Source: Perkinsus chesapeaki ATCC PRA-425 | Lineage: Eukaryota; Protista; Perkinsozoa | NCBI GenBank assembly: GCA_013115145.1 | Contig: JAAPAO010000200.1 | Coordinates: 1-53,637, forward strand | Direction of reading: 5' to 3' | Length of the DNA stretch: 53,637 nucleotides | Shown: positions 11,554 to 24,500 of the stretch, piece by piece | Position numbering within the stretch: the first letter of the stretch is position 1 | Layout: each line of letters begins with the position of its first letter | Translations under genes and position numbers: made by a program | The notes under the pieces: model-generated | What the model was told of the DNA's origin: nothing | What the model saw: the letters and a program-made list of their open reading frames with translations, nothing else | The model's database searches: none

Positions 11554-14500
11554 ATGGCTGAAGAAGCAGCAAGTACCGTTGTTAATAGAGGGCTTGATTC
11601 ACTGGTCAAGGACCCAAGGGCTACACAGGATTTCAGCAAGGAGGCTGATAGTGTTATTGTTACCAGTCGGGACATGGCCAAGGTGAGCTTATCTTACCTT
11701 TGAAAAATATATTATATGGTGAACTCGTACAGTATTAGGATTAGTGGTTTTGGAGAACTAATGAGACTTGCTGAGGGATGAGCGGCATGGGTCTTTTATA
11801 TGGACATTGAAAAGTTACTCAATAATACCTATTATCAAATAATATTCATTATTATAGTATTTGATATTATATTATATAGTTATTATTATTCATCGAAACA
11901 GTATAGCAATCCATAGAAATTTTCCTAGATCGACATCTGTTAGTAAATGATAAGGTTCACATCAATCCTTCATGTATCGACCAACCATCTCTTCCGTTTG
12001 AAGACTCGGTTCACTTTATCGCCAGCAAGGCAAAAGTTGAGGAAGAGTCTTTTTGGGATTCAAGATATAAAAGTCGAGTTCGTCGATATAAATAAATGCA
12101 GATGAAATTTCTAAATATGTTTTATTTTGGCTTTGTTAAGATGCGGAGCTCTTTGAGGAGCGGTAAAGTTGAGTGTGCTATGTCATGGCAAGTAGGGCTT
12201 CGTTATTGAATATAAAAAAGTTGGAGAATCTCCAGGCAATGAAAAATCATGTTTGTAACGTGATGAGCGTATCTCATTCCACGGATCCATTTAGGCCGGT
12301 CGTCTGGATGACGCTCTTGACGCTTTGATGGCCCTGGAAAAGAAAGCCAGGCAATCCAGCGATGCTGCTACATGCAGCCGATTGCTCATTGAGATGGCCA
12401 CGCTTTTGTAATGGGGAGAGTTGACGATAAGTTGAGGAGTGTTGGCAGATATAATGCGAAGCAGTTTGACAGGCTGTTGGAGATGATTCATGTTATGACT
12501 AAGAAACGAGGACAGCTCAAGCGTGCCGTTGCCGACTTGGTAGAACCTTTACCGAAATCTTTGCAGTTGTATCTTGGGGCAGGTTCATGTGTGCATGGGT
12601 TGGCTGGATACATTTGATAGGAAGCAACAGTACGCTATGGTTGATGCTTTATCTGAAGTCACGGAGGGTAATACGAATGGGGGCGCCTATGAAGAGCCAT
12701 CTGGCCCGCGGAAATGGTTTAGGAATTCAGTGGAGGCTTCGATAGAAAATGTGTTTACAGGTCATACTTTGCATCACTCCGTTTGTAGGGGCAAAAAAAA
12801 CTGAGAATTTTCGAAAGCTTTCGGGAAAATTTTGTACATTTGGATCGATAGTGGAGACCGCAGTTGGTGTTCATTCAGAAGGACATTTTGTAAAAGGATT
12901 TGATATTGCCTTCTCCTAAAGGGAACGCTGACTTGGGAACCCTCTGCAACTTATTGATTTTATGGAAGAATTTGTGGTCCCTTTTGTTAGGTAAGATCTT
13001 TGTAGAGGTTGAGCGTGCTAGACTGCGCTTGAGATTGGCGCATATGAAAGAGGAAGACGGAGATCCTATCGAGGTGAGGGGGGGTATGGGGGAGGGCTAA
13101 GTTGGAATGATAAGCATTACTTGATATGATGGGGCAATGAAATATTGCTCCAATATTTCATTAAGATAGCAACTAGTATACACTCGACACTATATAAGTG
13201 TTGACATACACTGCACAACAAAACTTTAGCAAGTTGGGTTTTTTAGCATTTAGGAGGAATTGAGGTGTACTCATCAATAGTATCAGTAGTATTGATTTAG
13301 CACTGCCTCAGCAGTACTCCTTTACTCTAGACTGTATCAGATTATTAATGTAATCAGTTAAATATCTCGGCATCGGGCCGGCAAAGTATTCTCCGTTTGA
13401 GTGCGCGGGGGTATCTAGTGAGTGTCTTGCGACCGGTGTATACTGTATGACTGGGATGCTCCCCGATGCTTATTTTACTGTATACCTACAAGTCATGTAT
13501 CTATTCGTAAAGCATTGTTCGCTCTGGTTCGGCAGCGCTGCTACATGCGCGAAGGTGGTGCTATGAAGTAGATGATAATCCGTGTTTTAGGCGGCAAATA
13601 TCATCCAAGATGAGCAGATCGAGACATGTGGGGCTATGGAGAAGAATGAGAAAGCGGAATACATTCTGGAACAGGTAAGACACTTTATGGGCATTCACAG
13701 GGGATACGTAAGAGTGATAGTGTATTTGGTGACAGAAAATAGTGGTAACGATTTAATTACAGTGTAATTAGATTGCTACCGCGCGGTATTGTCCAGTTTT
13801 CTAGGGACAAGGACACTCACCGTAGGAATCGTTATAAAAACGGAGTATTTTGAAAGTTGTTCATTTGGAGGTTGAATTAATAGGTGGGCCTTGTCCCTCA
13901 TTTATATTAGTTTTTATCGTATCTGGCATAGACTTTAGTACCGTCTTGCTCGCGAGCAGGGGATTCTGCAGGGCTGATGTTGTTCGTTGCTTTTATGAAT
14001 TTATTCGTTGTTGTCAGATGCGTATGGTGTTGAGGAAGGGGGACTATATCAGTAAGGCTAGAACAGATATCTGTGAAGATAATCTCTACAGGAACGCAAA
14101 TCATATCTCGGAAGATCAATCCGAGGATGCTCGAGAGAGATCAGGGTATGCAGGATATTAAGATCACCTATTATACGTAATAAGAGACACGGGAATGGTC
14201 GGAGCTTCGGTCGATTTGGGGTAGTATAGGGGTTGGCCACGGTCAGAAGTGGTGAATATGAGTTAAGAGGGCAATAACTGGGGAGTAAAAGTGATGGGAT
14301 ATTGGGAGGGGGGGTCTATAATAAATTTGAATCTGTGGTAGACATTGAAGTTGGCGATATCTTTTCTATTGGACAATAATAGTCAAAGCGGAGGGAAGAA
14401 TCGAGTTCCGCAAATTCAATATTTTGAAAAAAATGGTAGTTGCTCGTTTACTTTAGGTATCTTGTTCGTTACTGGCTTCATGAGAAGAACTACCTCGAGG

Positions 14501-17328
14501 TCAAAATATAATAATATATATTATAATACCTGTTATCCTCCTCTTTATTATTAGGTCTATAAGTGTTATAGAGCCATACTGGACACTAAGAAGACACAGG
14601 AGGATGAGGCAATGTGGACACAGGTACTGGGAGAAGTTATTCTTCGTAGATTGGTGCCCTAATGGTAATTTGCCTAAGTTCAGTCTCTATGTTCGATAAA
14701 ATATAAGTTACTAATTTATGTTTTATTATCAAAGCTATTTGAGCTATGGGATGTTATTCAGTTTACTTTTAGAAAACAATTATGTGCTCTTTGAAGAAAT
14801 ACCAGTATTAATGCAACCCAATTTCCCTTCCTTTCTCCACATGTCTACGAAGAACTTGTTACCATGAGTGCATGCAGAGTGTTCGATATAGTTCATATAG
14901 AAATGGTTGATCTTGGTTGATCTAGGCCTTGGAGAGTTCGGTGCTTTACCTTCTCCTGTCGCCCTATTCCAATGAGCAATCGGACTCCCTGTACAAACTA
15001 AGGGATGCGGAGAAGAAGCGTCTGGAGAGCGTACCTGTTTACAGGTAGGCCTCCTATTAGTTTAGAATGTTATTTTCAACTGTAGCGAATTGTTGGACTC
15101 GTTCTTGGCCGAGGAGTTGGTGCCAACACCTGTTCCTAATGAGGACGTCATCAAGGCATATAAAGTAGTAGGGGGAGTCGGTTATATACTCGACAAAGTC
15201 TGGTTGAAATTTGGACTAGCTTTCATTGATTTCGGGAATGGCTCTAAGGAAGGTTGAGAGTGTTATTCATTTGACTAGATCTTGTTAGTATTATATTTAC
15301 TCCTCAGCTAAATAGGCGTCTGTGTAGGCCAGTTGATGTATAGGAAAAATGAGCACCTTGGGGATGATGACCGGGCGGAAGATTCTTTTAGGTTAGCGCA
15401 TTGTCTAAATTAAAATGAATTCATGAAAGTATTTTGTAGCTGTCGTTCGGTAAAAATGGTAGTATGGATGGGTAAGAGTATCTTGTGTAGGTGTTTAACG
15501 ATGCCGCTGCAGATAAAGAGCCGGAGTATCTGGGGTAAGTGATAGCCTACAGCATTCCTTATTTCAACCTGTGTTATTCAGTGGTGAGGAGAGATGGAAT
15601 CTGTTCAGAAAACGAGTGGTTCAACATGTACGTATTTAGTAGCTTCACGGGGCCTTCCAGGATGATGGTGCCAAACACGAGTCTAAGAAAGTTGTTGAGA
15701 AGGTCTCATGTCATGTTTCTTCTTGCTCTAGAAATATCTCTTGTACCTATATTGCCATGGCATTCTTTGTGCTGTATTGTGAAATATACTACCCCATGTC
15801 CGGACGTCTTATAGCAAGTTGCCAGCTTTGCTCCTGGCGGTGTGCTATTGTTCTACCAAATCACTATGTGATGATTGTTAAGTAACGGAACGTAATCTTC
15901 AGATTGTGTATTCTAGTCTTCGGTCTTTATACACTTGTCTACTCCTCAAGTATCAGTTCAATCGATGGTATTAATGATCGAGTTTTCATTATAAATCATC
16001 GCCTGGTAACCTCCTAATGAATACGGGCATTCGCCATCTGACCATCATCCGTCCACGATGTCGTTGATGCCACACTTCTTACGTAGCTTTGAGATGCTTC
16101 AGCTTTCTCGCTTGACCATTAAGGCGATCTATTCGCTTATATCTGGGAAATCTCCTCGGGAAAAGTAGCTCGCTATCTGACCGTTTCCTCTCAGAACATC
16201 GTTAAAGTCGCGGCAGTCTACTATACCAGAATTCACACGACGTCCTTGTAAGTGCCTTTTCAAAGGTGTGTTGGCATGTTAACCGTCCCAGAGCGAAGAT
16301 GATTGGCGTGTCGGTTGATGAGACTGAAAAGGAAGTCTGCGAGCTTGTGACTGGAGGCTTCTTGGCAGCCAAGATTGACCGTCCTGCGGGGATCGTCAGG
16401 TAAGACTAAGGGTGGAGTTGAGGAGCTCTGATGGTCGTTGGGCAAATTACGGTATTGGGAAAGGAAATACATGCCGAAATGTGAAATAGCGAATGACATG
16501 GTTCAAGGTTCCTCGAATGGGTTCTGCCGAGCACGTGTAAATATGGCTGCTTCCTTTTCATATTGTTAAAGACACCTTTGTCGCTAGTTCGGTCTGACTA
16601 TGAGCCTGTCAACTGCCCCTTGAAATCATGTCTTTTTACCAAGACAAAAAGCCATCATTTGGTTCATAAAAGAGGGCGGGGCAGTTGGGTTTGTCGTGTG
16701 GTGGAGGTGGTGTGTGAAGGATATATTTCAGATTTGGCAAGAGGCTAACTACAACTCAGCGTCTCGATAAATGGGGATCGGATATTCATAGCCTTCTGGA
16801 TTTGGTTGAATCAACTGGCCATCTTATTGCTAAGGAGCAAATGGTAGGTTATCATCATCGGTCACGGGGGATTGGAACAGACTATTATCTCACAATGCTT
16901 TTTTGCTGGTGTGAGTCAGTAATCCAAACTTCACCATTTCAAGATCTAATTAGTAAAAGCCCAGACCAAATTAATATAACCCCGAACAAATTAGTAGGAG
17001 CCCTAGTCTAGTGGCTGTAGAGCTTTCATATTTCATCATTACCGATGAAATTGTAGTAGAAGTCGGATTGATTCTTATCGGAGTACTTTTCAGTGGGCAT
17101 AATCGAAATGCAGTCAGCTGGTCACGTTTTCCAAATTCTATTCTCTCGATTCCTTCGAGCGTATCTACATGTTGACTTTTGGGAATTCATTTCTATCGGT
17201 GCTCCGACTTGTAGTATACGTTTCCGCTCGATCAGGTTGCCTATGATATTTGATCGTTTTGTGTTCAGATTAGCGCTGCTCGTGCTAAGATGCGTGCGAG
17301 GGCGGCCACCACTGCTACGGCGAAGTAA
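11554..17328 (+). CDS. RPN5: 26S proteasome lid subunit RPN5 (PSMD12), many exons
   Basis: Ordered exons: MAEEAA...QDFSKEADSVIVTSRDMAK (11554-11682), AGRLDDALDALMALEKKARQSSD (from 12295), YNAKQFDRLLEMIHVMTKKRGQLKRAV, KIFVEVERARL, IETCGAMEKNEKAEYILEQ (13591-13673), MRMVLRKGDYI, LSPYSNEQSD, RLDKWGSDIHSLLDLVESTGHLIAKEQM (~16760-16843), and a probable last exon ISAARAKMRARAATTATAK* (17269-17328). These match the PSMD12 motifs KRxQLKxAV, IxVExERARL, ETxGxMEKxExxEFILEQ and HLIxKE. Not every internal exon was mapped. Confidence 0.93.
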
Positions 17329-18512
17329 ATATTAAACTCGTTGTGTTGTCGCGGAGATAGACTAAGTTTCAAAGGGCATCTCTGTAGTGTTACTAGTCAT
17401 ATGAAGATGATCAGAGGGGAGAGTGGTATGAGTGGCCAGCCTACGTAGGGGCGGAGATGGGTTGGTTTTGTATGTAGTGGGCTTTTGCGCATGCGTGCTG
17501 AAAGGAGATGATGAGCCTCCTTTTGGCTGCGCCTCTACGTGAAAAATAGTATCACTTTGGTTTTCTTATGAACAGTTTGAGCTCCATGATACGGTCTGGA
17601 TACTATTGATGATCAGCTACATGCAATATCCCACAAGTCTATGGGCTTTCAAGACTTGCTTGGTGTTGGATCACTGCTCCAGCTGCGAAGTCACCTGAGC
17701 TAGTGGTGGGATAGGGAGCAGTGGGGGATAGCTCTGGTGTTGATATTTACTCTTTCTTGATTAGCTGATAGCTTTCCCTATTAAAGTTTGACTTTACTGT
17801 GGACAGTAAGTAGGTTGATTACGAAGTCTTGCCAAAGTACTGGGAACAACTTTTCCCGGTTGCACTACAGATGGTGTTGTGTTGGTCTTGAAAAGCTGTT
17901 GACTTTCGTAGGTTGTTGTTGACGTAATTATCGTAACGTTTACCGGTCCATATTGATGAGTAAATGGCAAACCTCCTCCTCCTTACCGGTAGCAGCCACT
18001 GGTGGGATGGATTTCATGAGGCTTGCATTGGTTGTCTATGACCCAGATGGAGTGTAATGACAAGGGGGAGGAAGCTGTGAAATGGTTTAGAAAATTGGTC
18101 TCCGTTCTAAGCACAGCACGCTGGATTTCGACCATCATCATTTACAGTGCGCGACATCTACACCTTTTCTCGATCAAACAAAAACTTAGATCAGTGAAGT
18201 TGAATATCTTTACGGGAGTAGAAAGTTTATAGTAGAGGCAACTTTAATATTCACGCCAAGGCTTGATGGTCGTCTTAACAAAGTTGAAGCAGAACGGCGC
18301 GGCCTGTACGGGGAAAATCGATAAGTAATCTATATAAGTCGTGTACTTTGTCGGTATATTATATAACATAGCCACCGCAGGAGGGCCATCTAGTTACTTG
18401 GAATGGAAGGGAAGTTTTAGAGGAGTTCTGAATCTCCCCCTCTTCTGCAGGGGACGGGTCTAGATCATTCCGAGTGCAAAAATTGACTTCGTTTGTGAAT
18501 AAGTGGCGCCTT

Positions 18513-21500
18513 CTAATTCAGGATTGATCGTCCGACTTGGTCACAGGAGCATTATTGGACAGAAGATGTGCTCTACACTCTAGTGTGGGCTGGCCAGGGG
18601 TGGATGTGGAATAGAGATTGGGGTCCGTATGCCTTGGCTGCAATCGACACAGTTGGGGAGGAATCGCCTATAAGGAAGAACGCCGATTGCTATGTTGAGC
18701 TGTCGGAGGAGGAGGCTGGGAATCCTCGGCAGGCTCTGAGCAAGATTCATAGAGTGCTGTCGAGGCACCCATTGGTGGCGGTGCCGTGGCCGGTCTTGGT
18801 CGATCGGTCGTGGAAGCTTGAACCGAAGAAGACCGCGGTGAGTTGCGGAAGGAAGAAGATTTCGTATGAAGAGTTTGTTGGGTACGGAGGGATTGTGCAG
18901 GGTTACTGCCTGGAGCGAGCGGGGCCGGGGGAGCATGTGATGGTGACATTTTCGGACACTCCAGAATCCAGGCTTACCTGGGCCGTTGTGATGTATGCGT
19001 TGTCGGCGTCGGGGGTGCCTTTTTCGATCATGGACCGGAGGACGCTGCCGAACGCGCCTGCCAGGGAGAGGCTTTTGGAGCGCTGGCAGCCGAGGCTTTG
19101 GATCTGCTGTGATCCAGAGGGGCATGGGAAAGGGGAAGGGGGAATGGCGGATATACCGGCACGTGTTAATGTTGAGCTGGACTTGACTGAGAAGACTGTG
19201 GTTGTTGATGGCCAAGCGACACGGGTTCGATTCCCACCGAGGGCACCTGAAATTCTGGCCACTGCCGAGTCGGTTTGCTTTGTGGACTGGACGAGCGGCA
19301 GCACAAGCGGGCTTCCTAAAGGGGTTGAGACTACTCATCGCACTTTGATAAATATGATGCTTTGGGCTTGGGGGGATGAAAAAATGTTTTTCCACGGCGG
19401 AGCGAAGCACGAAGTTGTCGCTGCAAACCTGTTCCTGTTGTGGTACTGGTGGCAGCCTATCTGTGTGGGAGCGTCGGCGGTGTTGGTTGAAGATAAAGAG
19501 CTTTCGGACTTGGTGAGAGTTTCAAGCTGAGGGGGGGAGATGCGTTTTGGTCAGGAAGTACACATTGCTCTGCTTGATGATGAAAAGGTGTCCATTGTTG
19601 ATTGCATAACCCCTTCGTTGTTGGGAGCTATGGTGGATTATGCCGCCGCAGGAGAGGTAGGCAGGGGTCGGTGTGGTTTTCCCAGTGGATTTAATGTGCT
19701 CTATCAAAATATGTACTACACTTCTCTGCCTCGAGTTAGAAATCTCCATGCCACTTGGAGAGCGAAGTCTCCAGGGGTCAGGGTAGGTAGTAAAAAGTTT
19801 ACGACGTTGGGCTTTTCGAAAATAAATAGTCCTTTACTTAACTGTATAACTGTTATATCGCTGTCCCCGTATTGTGTCGGGTTCTCTCAGACGGAGAAGT
19901 CGCTTCCGAGGACAATGGTGGTGAGTGGAGAGCCTTTATCGGAGCAGGTAAGGCCGGAGGATGCCTATGTGCTATCATAGCTCGCAACAGGTATGTCGGA
20001 AGTTCCTCAAGAGCCAACCGAAAGGTGCTAGACTTGTCAATCTGTTCTCAACCACGGAGACCGGTGATGCCGCCTACTGTCCGATTACGGAGGAGCAGCT
20101 GCCGTTGTGGACGGGCATGGTGACCTTCGCTCCGATAGGGACGCCTATATGGAACGTGAAACTGCATATAGAAGATATTAAAGATGGTGAGTGATGGGAA
20201 GGCATGGACAAGATCAGGCGCGGATCTGGTCGCGCTGTAGTACCCCTGTCTGCTGGCTTACATCTGCGTCTGTTGGCGAAGGGGAGACAATTTTGAGAAC
20301 TATCTGGGACGAATCTTTCCGTTTATCAGCACGGGAGAAAGCAACAGAATTCCTCGCTCAGTTGAGGCCGTCATTGTTCAAGGCTCCTCGTTGTTTTCCT
20401 GTGCCAAAGTCTTCTCGGAACTCGCTGTAACTCGTGGTATGGGCTATAGCGCGTTGGTGAGGTTTTCATATTGATGGATGTGTAGATCGGCTCAACTTAA
20501 GGGATAGCCTCAATATATGAGACGGTTTCGGTGTGTACGTCATCCGAGGGTGGCGAAAGCTCCGGTCTATATTTTTTACCAATACTATAAGGAATCTTTG
20601 ATTTCGTCTAGTTCGATGGCTACCCTCATCGATTTCAGATTCGGGTGCTAGTGGAGAAGGAGAGCTCTTTGTTGAGCATGCCGGTGGTATAATGTCTTAT
20701 GTTAATGATGCTGAGCAAACAGCTCGAGGGTTTAGTTCTCATCACGGCTGGCGATCCCGCGATAGGGTTAAGGAAATCCAAGGTGTGGGACTGGTCATTG
20801 TCGGCCGAGCCGACGACAATGTCAAGGTACGGAGGGAATCATTCCGACTTGCTGAGGGCATCTTGGGGTCGAAATTGGTCGTTATTTAAAAACACTGCAG
20901 ATTGCGTCGGCAGTGGTTTGGATGTTGGACTGCTTTGATAGGGCTTAGACAGTCCATCGGTTTGGGCTGAAGCTAATGGCATTGTTTCTCAGATTCGTGG
21001 GTTCAAAGTTGACCTTAGGCTTGTCGAGGCGAGATGCCGTGACTTGTCTGGACTGAGCGAGGTGTGTGTTATGGTCGATGAGGAGGCATTGGTGGTTGCT
21101 TATACCTCGCCGAATGCTGAGGTGAAGCCGAATGAGCTGATAGACTTCTGCTGGAGGGAGGTTCGAGAGGGCAGACTACCGGACAGCCACGTGCCGCAGA
21201 GGGCTCTACTGTGGCAGGGCGGCAGTTTTCCGATGATGAAGACTGGGAAGATTGATAAGACAAAGGTAAAGGAGAAAGTCCAAGCGGTGAGGAGAGGGCC
21301 CTCGAGAGCCAGATCAGGCGATATGGGCTCGGGGAGCCTCATCCAGGCTCGAGTGGCCGCTGTGTGGAGGGACACCTTGGGTTGCGAATGCGACCTTGAC
21401 GGATCTTTCTGGCGAGAGTGCGGTGGGCAGTCTCTGACGGCTATGAGAATCGCTGCGGCTCTGAGGATTCCAGCGAAGCTCATCTTGGATGGGACTTTGG

Positions 21501-24500
21501 ACACCCCACGAGATATAATATATTTCCTCACAAGAAGCCAGCACAGTTCGCCACGTGAAGTTCACGTGGCAAAGGGCGAACGAGGCATGGCCGAGAAGGA
21601 TCACCGGATTGCTGTGATCGGAGCGAGCGGACGGTGGCCTGGCATTGGCCAGACGAGCCTCTCGGCCCTCCTCGAGGCCCTCAGTGGCAAGCTGGTCGAG
21701 TTCAACCCATTCGTGGCTCCTCCAGACGGTCACACTGGAGCAGGTGGGATCGAAAACTTGTCGAAGTTGTGTGATTCTGTTTTTCAGGCAATGTGCCTGG
21801 CGGCTACTATTTGGAATCTGCTTTGGTGTCGGGGTTCGATGAAGCCTTCTGGTCCCAGCGAGGCGTTTCTGATGCTACTCTCATCGATCCTCATCAGCGT
21901 ATCTGGCTCGAGATGGCCTATGAATCTTTGCTCGATGGAGGCTTTGGGCCGGTCATGGAGCGAGGGGAGGCAATCAATTGTGGGGTGAGTCCATTGGGAG
22001 CTGCATAATGCACGCCAATAGAACTTTGTCATTCTCCGCTTGCATCACCCGTGTGAGGGTTGGGCATTTTCAAAACTGTGTCGGCCGTCGAGCTGTTATC
22101 TTTTTGGCATTCTTCATACCTAGAGACGAGTACTAGTGAAACTCTACAGCCCTGTTGAGCTTTGAGACCTCGATACCTTCAAACCTCGCCGATCGACGTG
22201 TGCGGCCGCATGCATGGTCATTTTCCCCATCAGGTATTCGTCTCTGGTGGCTCCTTGCCCCATTATCTCTCCCTTCTCCTCGAGCCAGGCGAGACTTTGC
22301 CGTCCCTCCGCGTGTCTGACCCTGATCGTTACTTCACCCTCGAGATGGGCAATGACAAGGACTACTTGGCAATGCGCACAAGTCACGCCCTCAATCTCAC
22401 TGGCCCGTCCATGTCTATCGGGACGGCGTGCTCGTCAGCTCTGGTTGCGCTCTGTCAAGCTGTCGAGGCGCTTCGAAACGGCACATGCCAGACGGCCTTG
22501 TGCGGAGGGGTGTCGTTGATTCTGCCGCAAAACGAACATGCCAGCCAAGAAGGAATGATCTGGAGCTCAGACGGCAAGTGCAAGCCGTTCACGGATGCCG
22601 CCAGCGGGACGGCGAACTGCAATGGCGGCCATTGCTTTCTCCTCAAACCCTACGAGGACGCCCTGAGGGACGATGACCCGGTCTATTGTTTGATATCGGG
22701 CGTGGGTGTATGTAACGATGGCGCTGGAAAGCCGTTCTCTGCGCCCAGTGTGGCGGGCCATGAGAGAGCGATCCGAGCGGCTCAAGCCGACTGTGATGAT
22801 GACATTTTCGGAAAAGTTGGTATGATCGAAGCACACGCCACCGGCACGTACGTCGGCGATCCTATCGAAGCCGAAGCTCTCACTGGACAGTATCACCGAG
22901 AGAAGGGCAGAGGAGCTATTTCGATCGGGAGCGTCAAAGGCAACGTTGGTCATGCTAATACAGCTGCTGGGGCATTGGGCTTCGCTAAGGCTGCAATGTG
23001 TGTTTATGAAGGTGTCCTGGTCCCATCGGGATCGGCCATGGAGGGTAAGACCGTGGGGGTCCTCAATACCATTTTGTTATTCAGGAAATATCAACCCACT
23101 CCTGGCCTACCGTCTAGAGTCTTCGAATATGAAACTCCAGCGCATCTTTGAGCCATGGACGGAGACTCCTCGAGCGGCAGCCGTCAGCGCCTTGGGCATC
23201 GGTGGTACCAACGCCCACGTTATCATTGAGAGCGGCCCAGCTCTACCCAAAGCCACCGAGACCGACGAGAAGGTCTACTTTCCATTGTCGGCTGACACTA
23301 TGGAGGCTCTTCAAGATGAGGCAAAGGCGCTGGCTAAGTTCCTCGAGGTCTTCACCGGTTCGCCAGCTGACGTTGCCTACACTCTGGCCAGATTCAGGCC
23401 GTCTCTTGGCTACCGTTACGTCGCAGAAACATCTTCTGCTCAGTTGTCTGATATGGACCTCGAGAATGCAGTGAAATGCCTGCCGACGTGCAACTGTGTG
23501 ACGTTAGTCTGTCCTGGTCAAGGTCTGTCGTTGCCGTCACCGGGATCGATCTCAATCGATCCCGCGATCATCTATCTTCTTGGCGAGGATCCCCTCGTCA
23601 CGTACAGTCTTAACCCAAACCCTGTCACACAACAGGTCGCTTTGTTTTCTGTCTCCTATTCGACCTGTTTACGTATCATCAAATTAGTATCGCAGACCAC
23701 GACCGTCCAGATCCTCGGTGCCTCCCTCGGCGAGTGGGTGGCTGCTACAGTGTCCGGGGTCATGCCTCTCGAGGAGGCCCTGGAAGTAGTCAGACTTCGA
23801 GCTTGGCTCATCACCGAGGGGAACACTGGGAAAATGCTCGCTATCACCGGGATGACAACCGAGGAACTCTTGCCTCTGCCCGATGGCATCGAACTGGCCT
23901 GCGTCAATGCAGACAAACGTATAGTGGTTAGTGGCTCTTTGGAAGCCATTGAGAGCTACAAGGCAACCTTGGAAGTCCCCAGCAAGATTCTGGATACTGC
24001 GGGTGCCTTTCATTCGGTCTATGTGGACAAGGCTGTGGGCGTGTTGAAGTCGGAGATGCCCCGGCTGGTGCCTCACCTCAGGCAGCCTTCTCGGTGCCAC
24101 CTTATCAGTACTGCCAGCCTGGAGGGTCCCATTGACTTCACCTCTGTCGACTACTGGTGCACTCAAACCAGGAGAACTGTGATGCTTGCTCGAGCACTCA
24201 AGAAGGCCAGCGCCGGTGGCACGGCTTTCATCGACGTAGGGCCCGGCGCTGGTATGCGGACTTTGATTCGTGAATGCGTCCCTGAGTCGGAGGTTTTGTG
24301 TGCTGCTCGTTACCTAGATAAAAGCGACCAAGCTTTAAAGAGCGCTCTTTGGTCGGCCGGCTTCATTTCGGACCCACCGGTGCCCGAGGGCGATGGCTTC
24401 CACCGGGTTCTGAGTCTGCCTACTAGATCCTGGATCAGGCGGAAATGCTGGCCTCCCGAACACAACAGATCCCTCATGGCCCAAGCCAGCAGCGCGGAGT

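Noticed and set aside
18580-19410. 276-aa and other long minus-strand ORFs overlapping the megasynthase (also 21100-21733, 22567-22953, 23684-24166, 25931-26353, 28712-29107)
   Set aside because: They are antisense shadows of a GC-rich coding strand that carries clear domain motifs; they have no motifs of their own.
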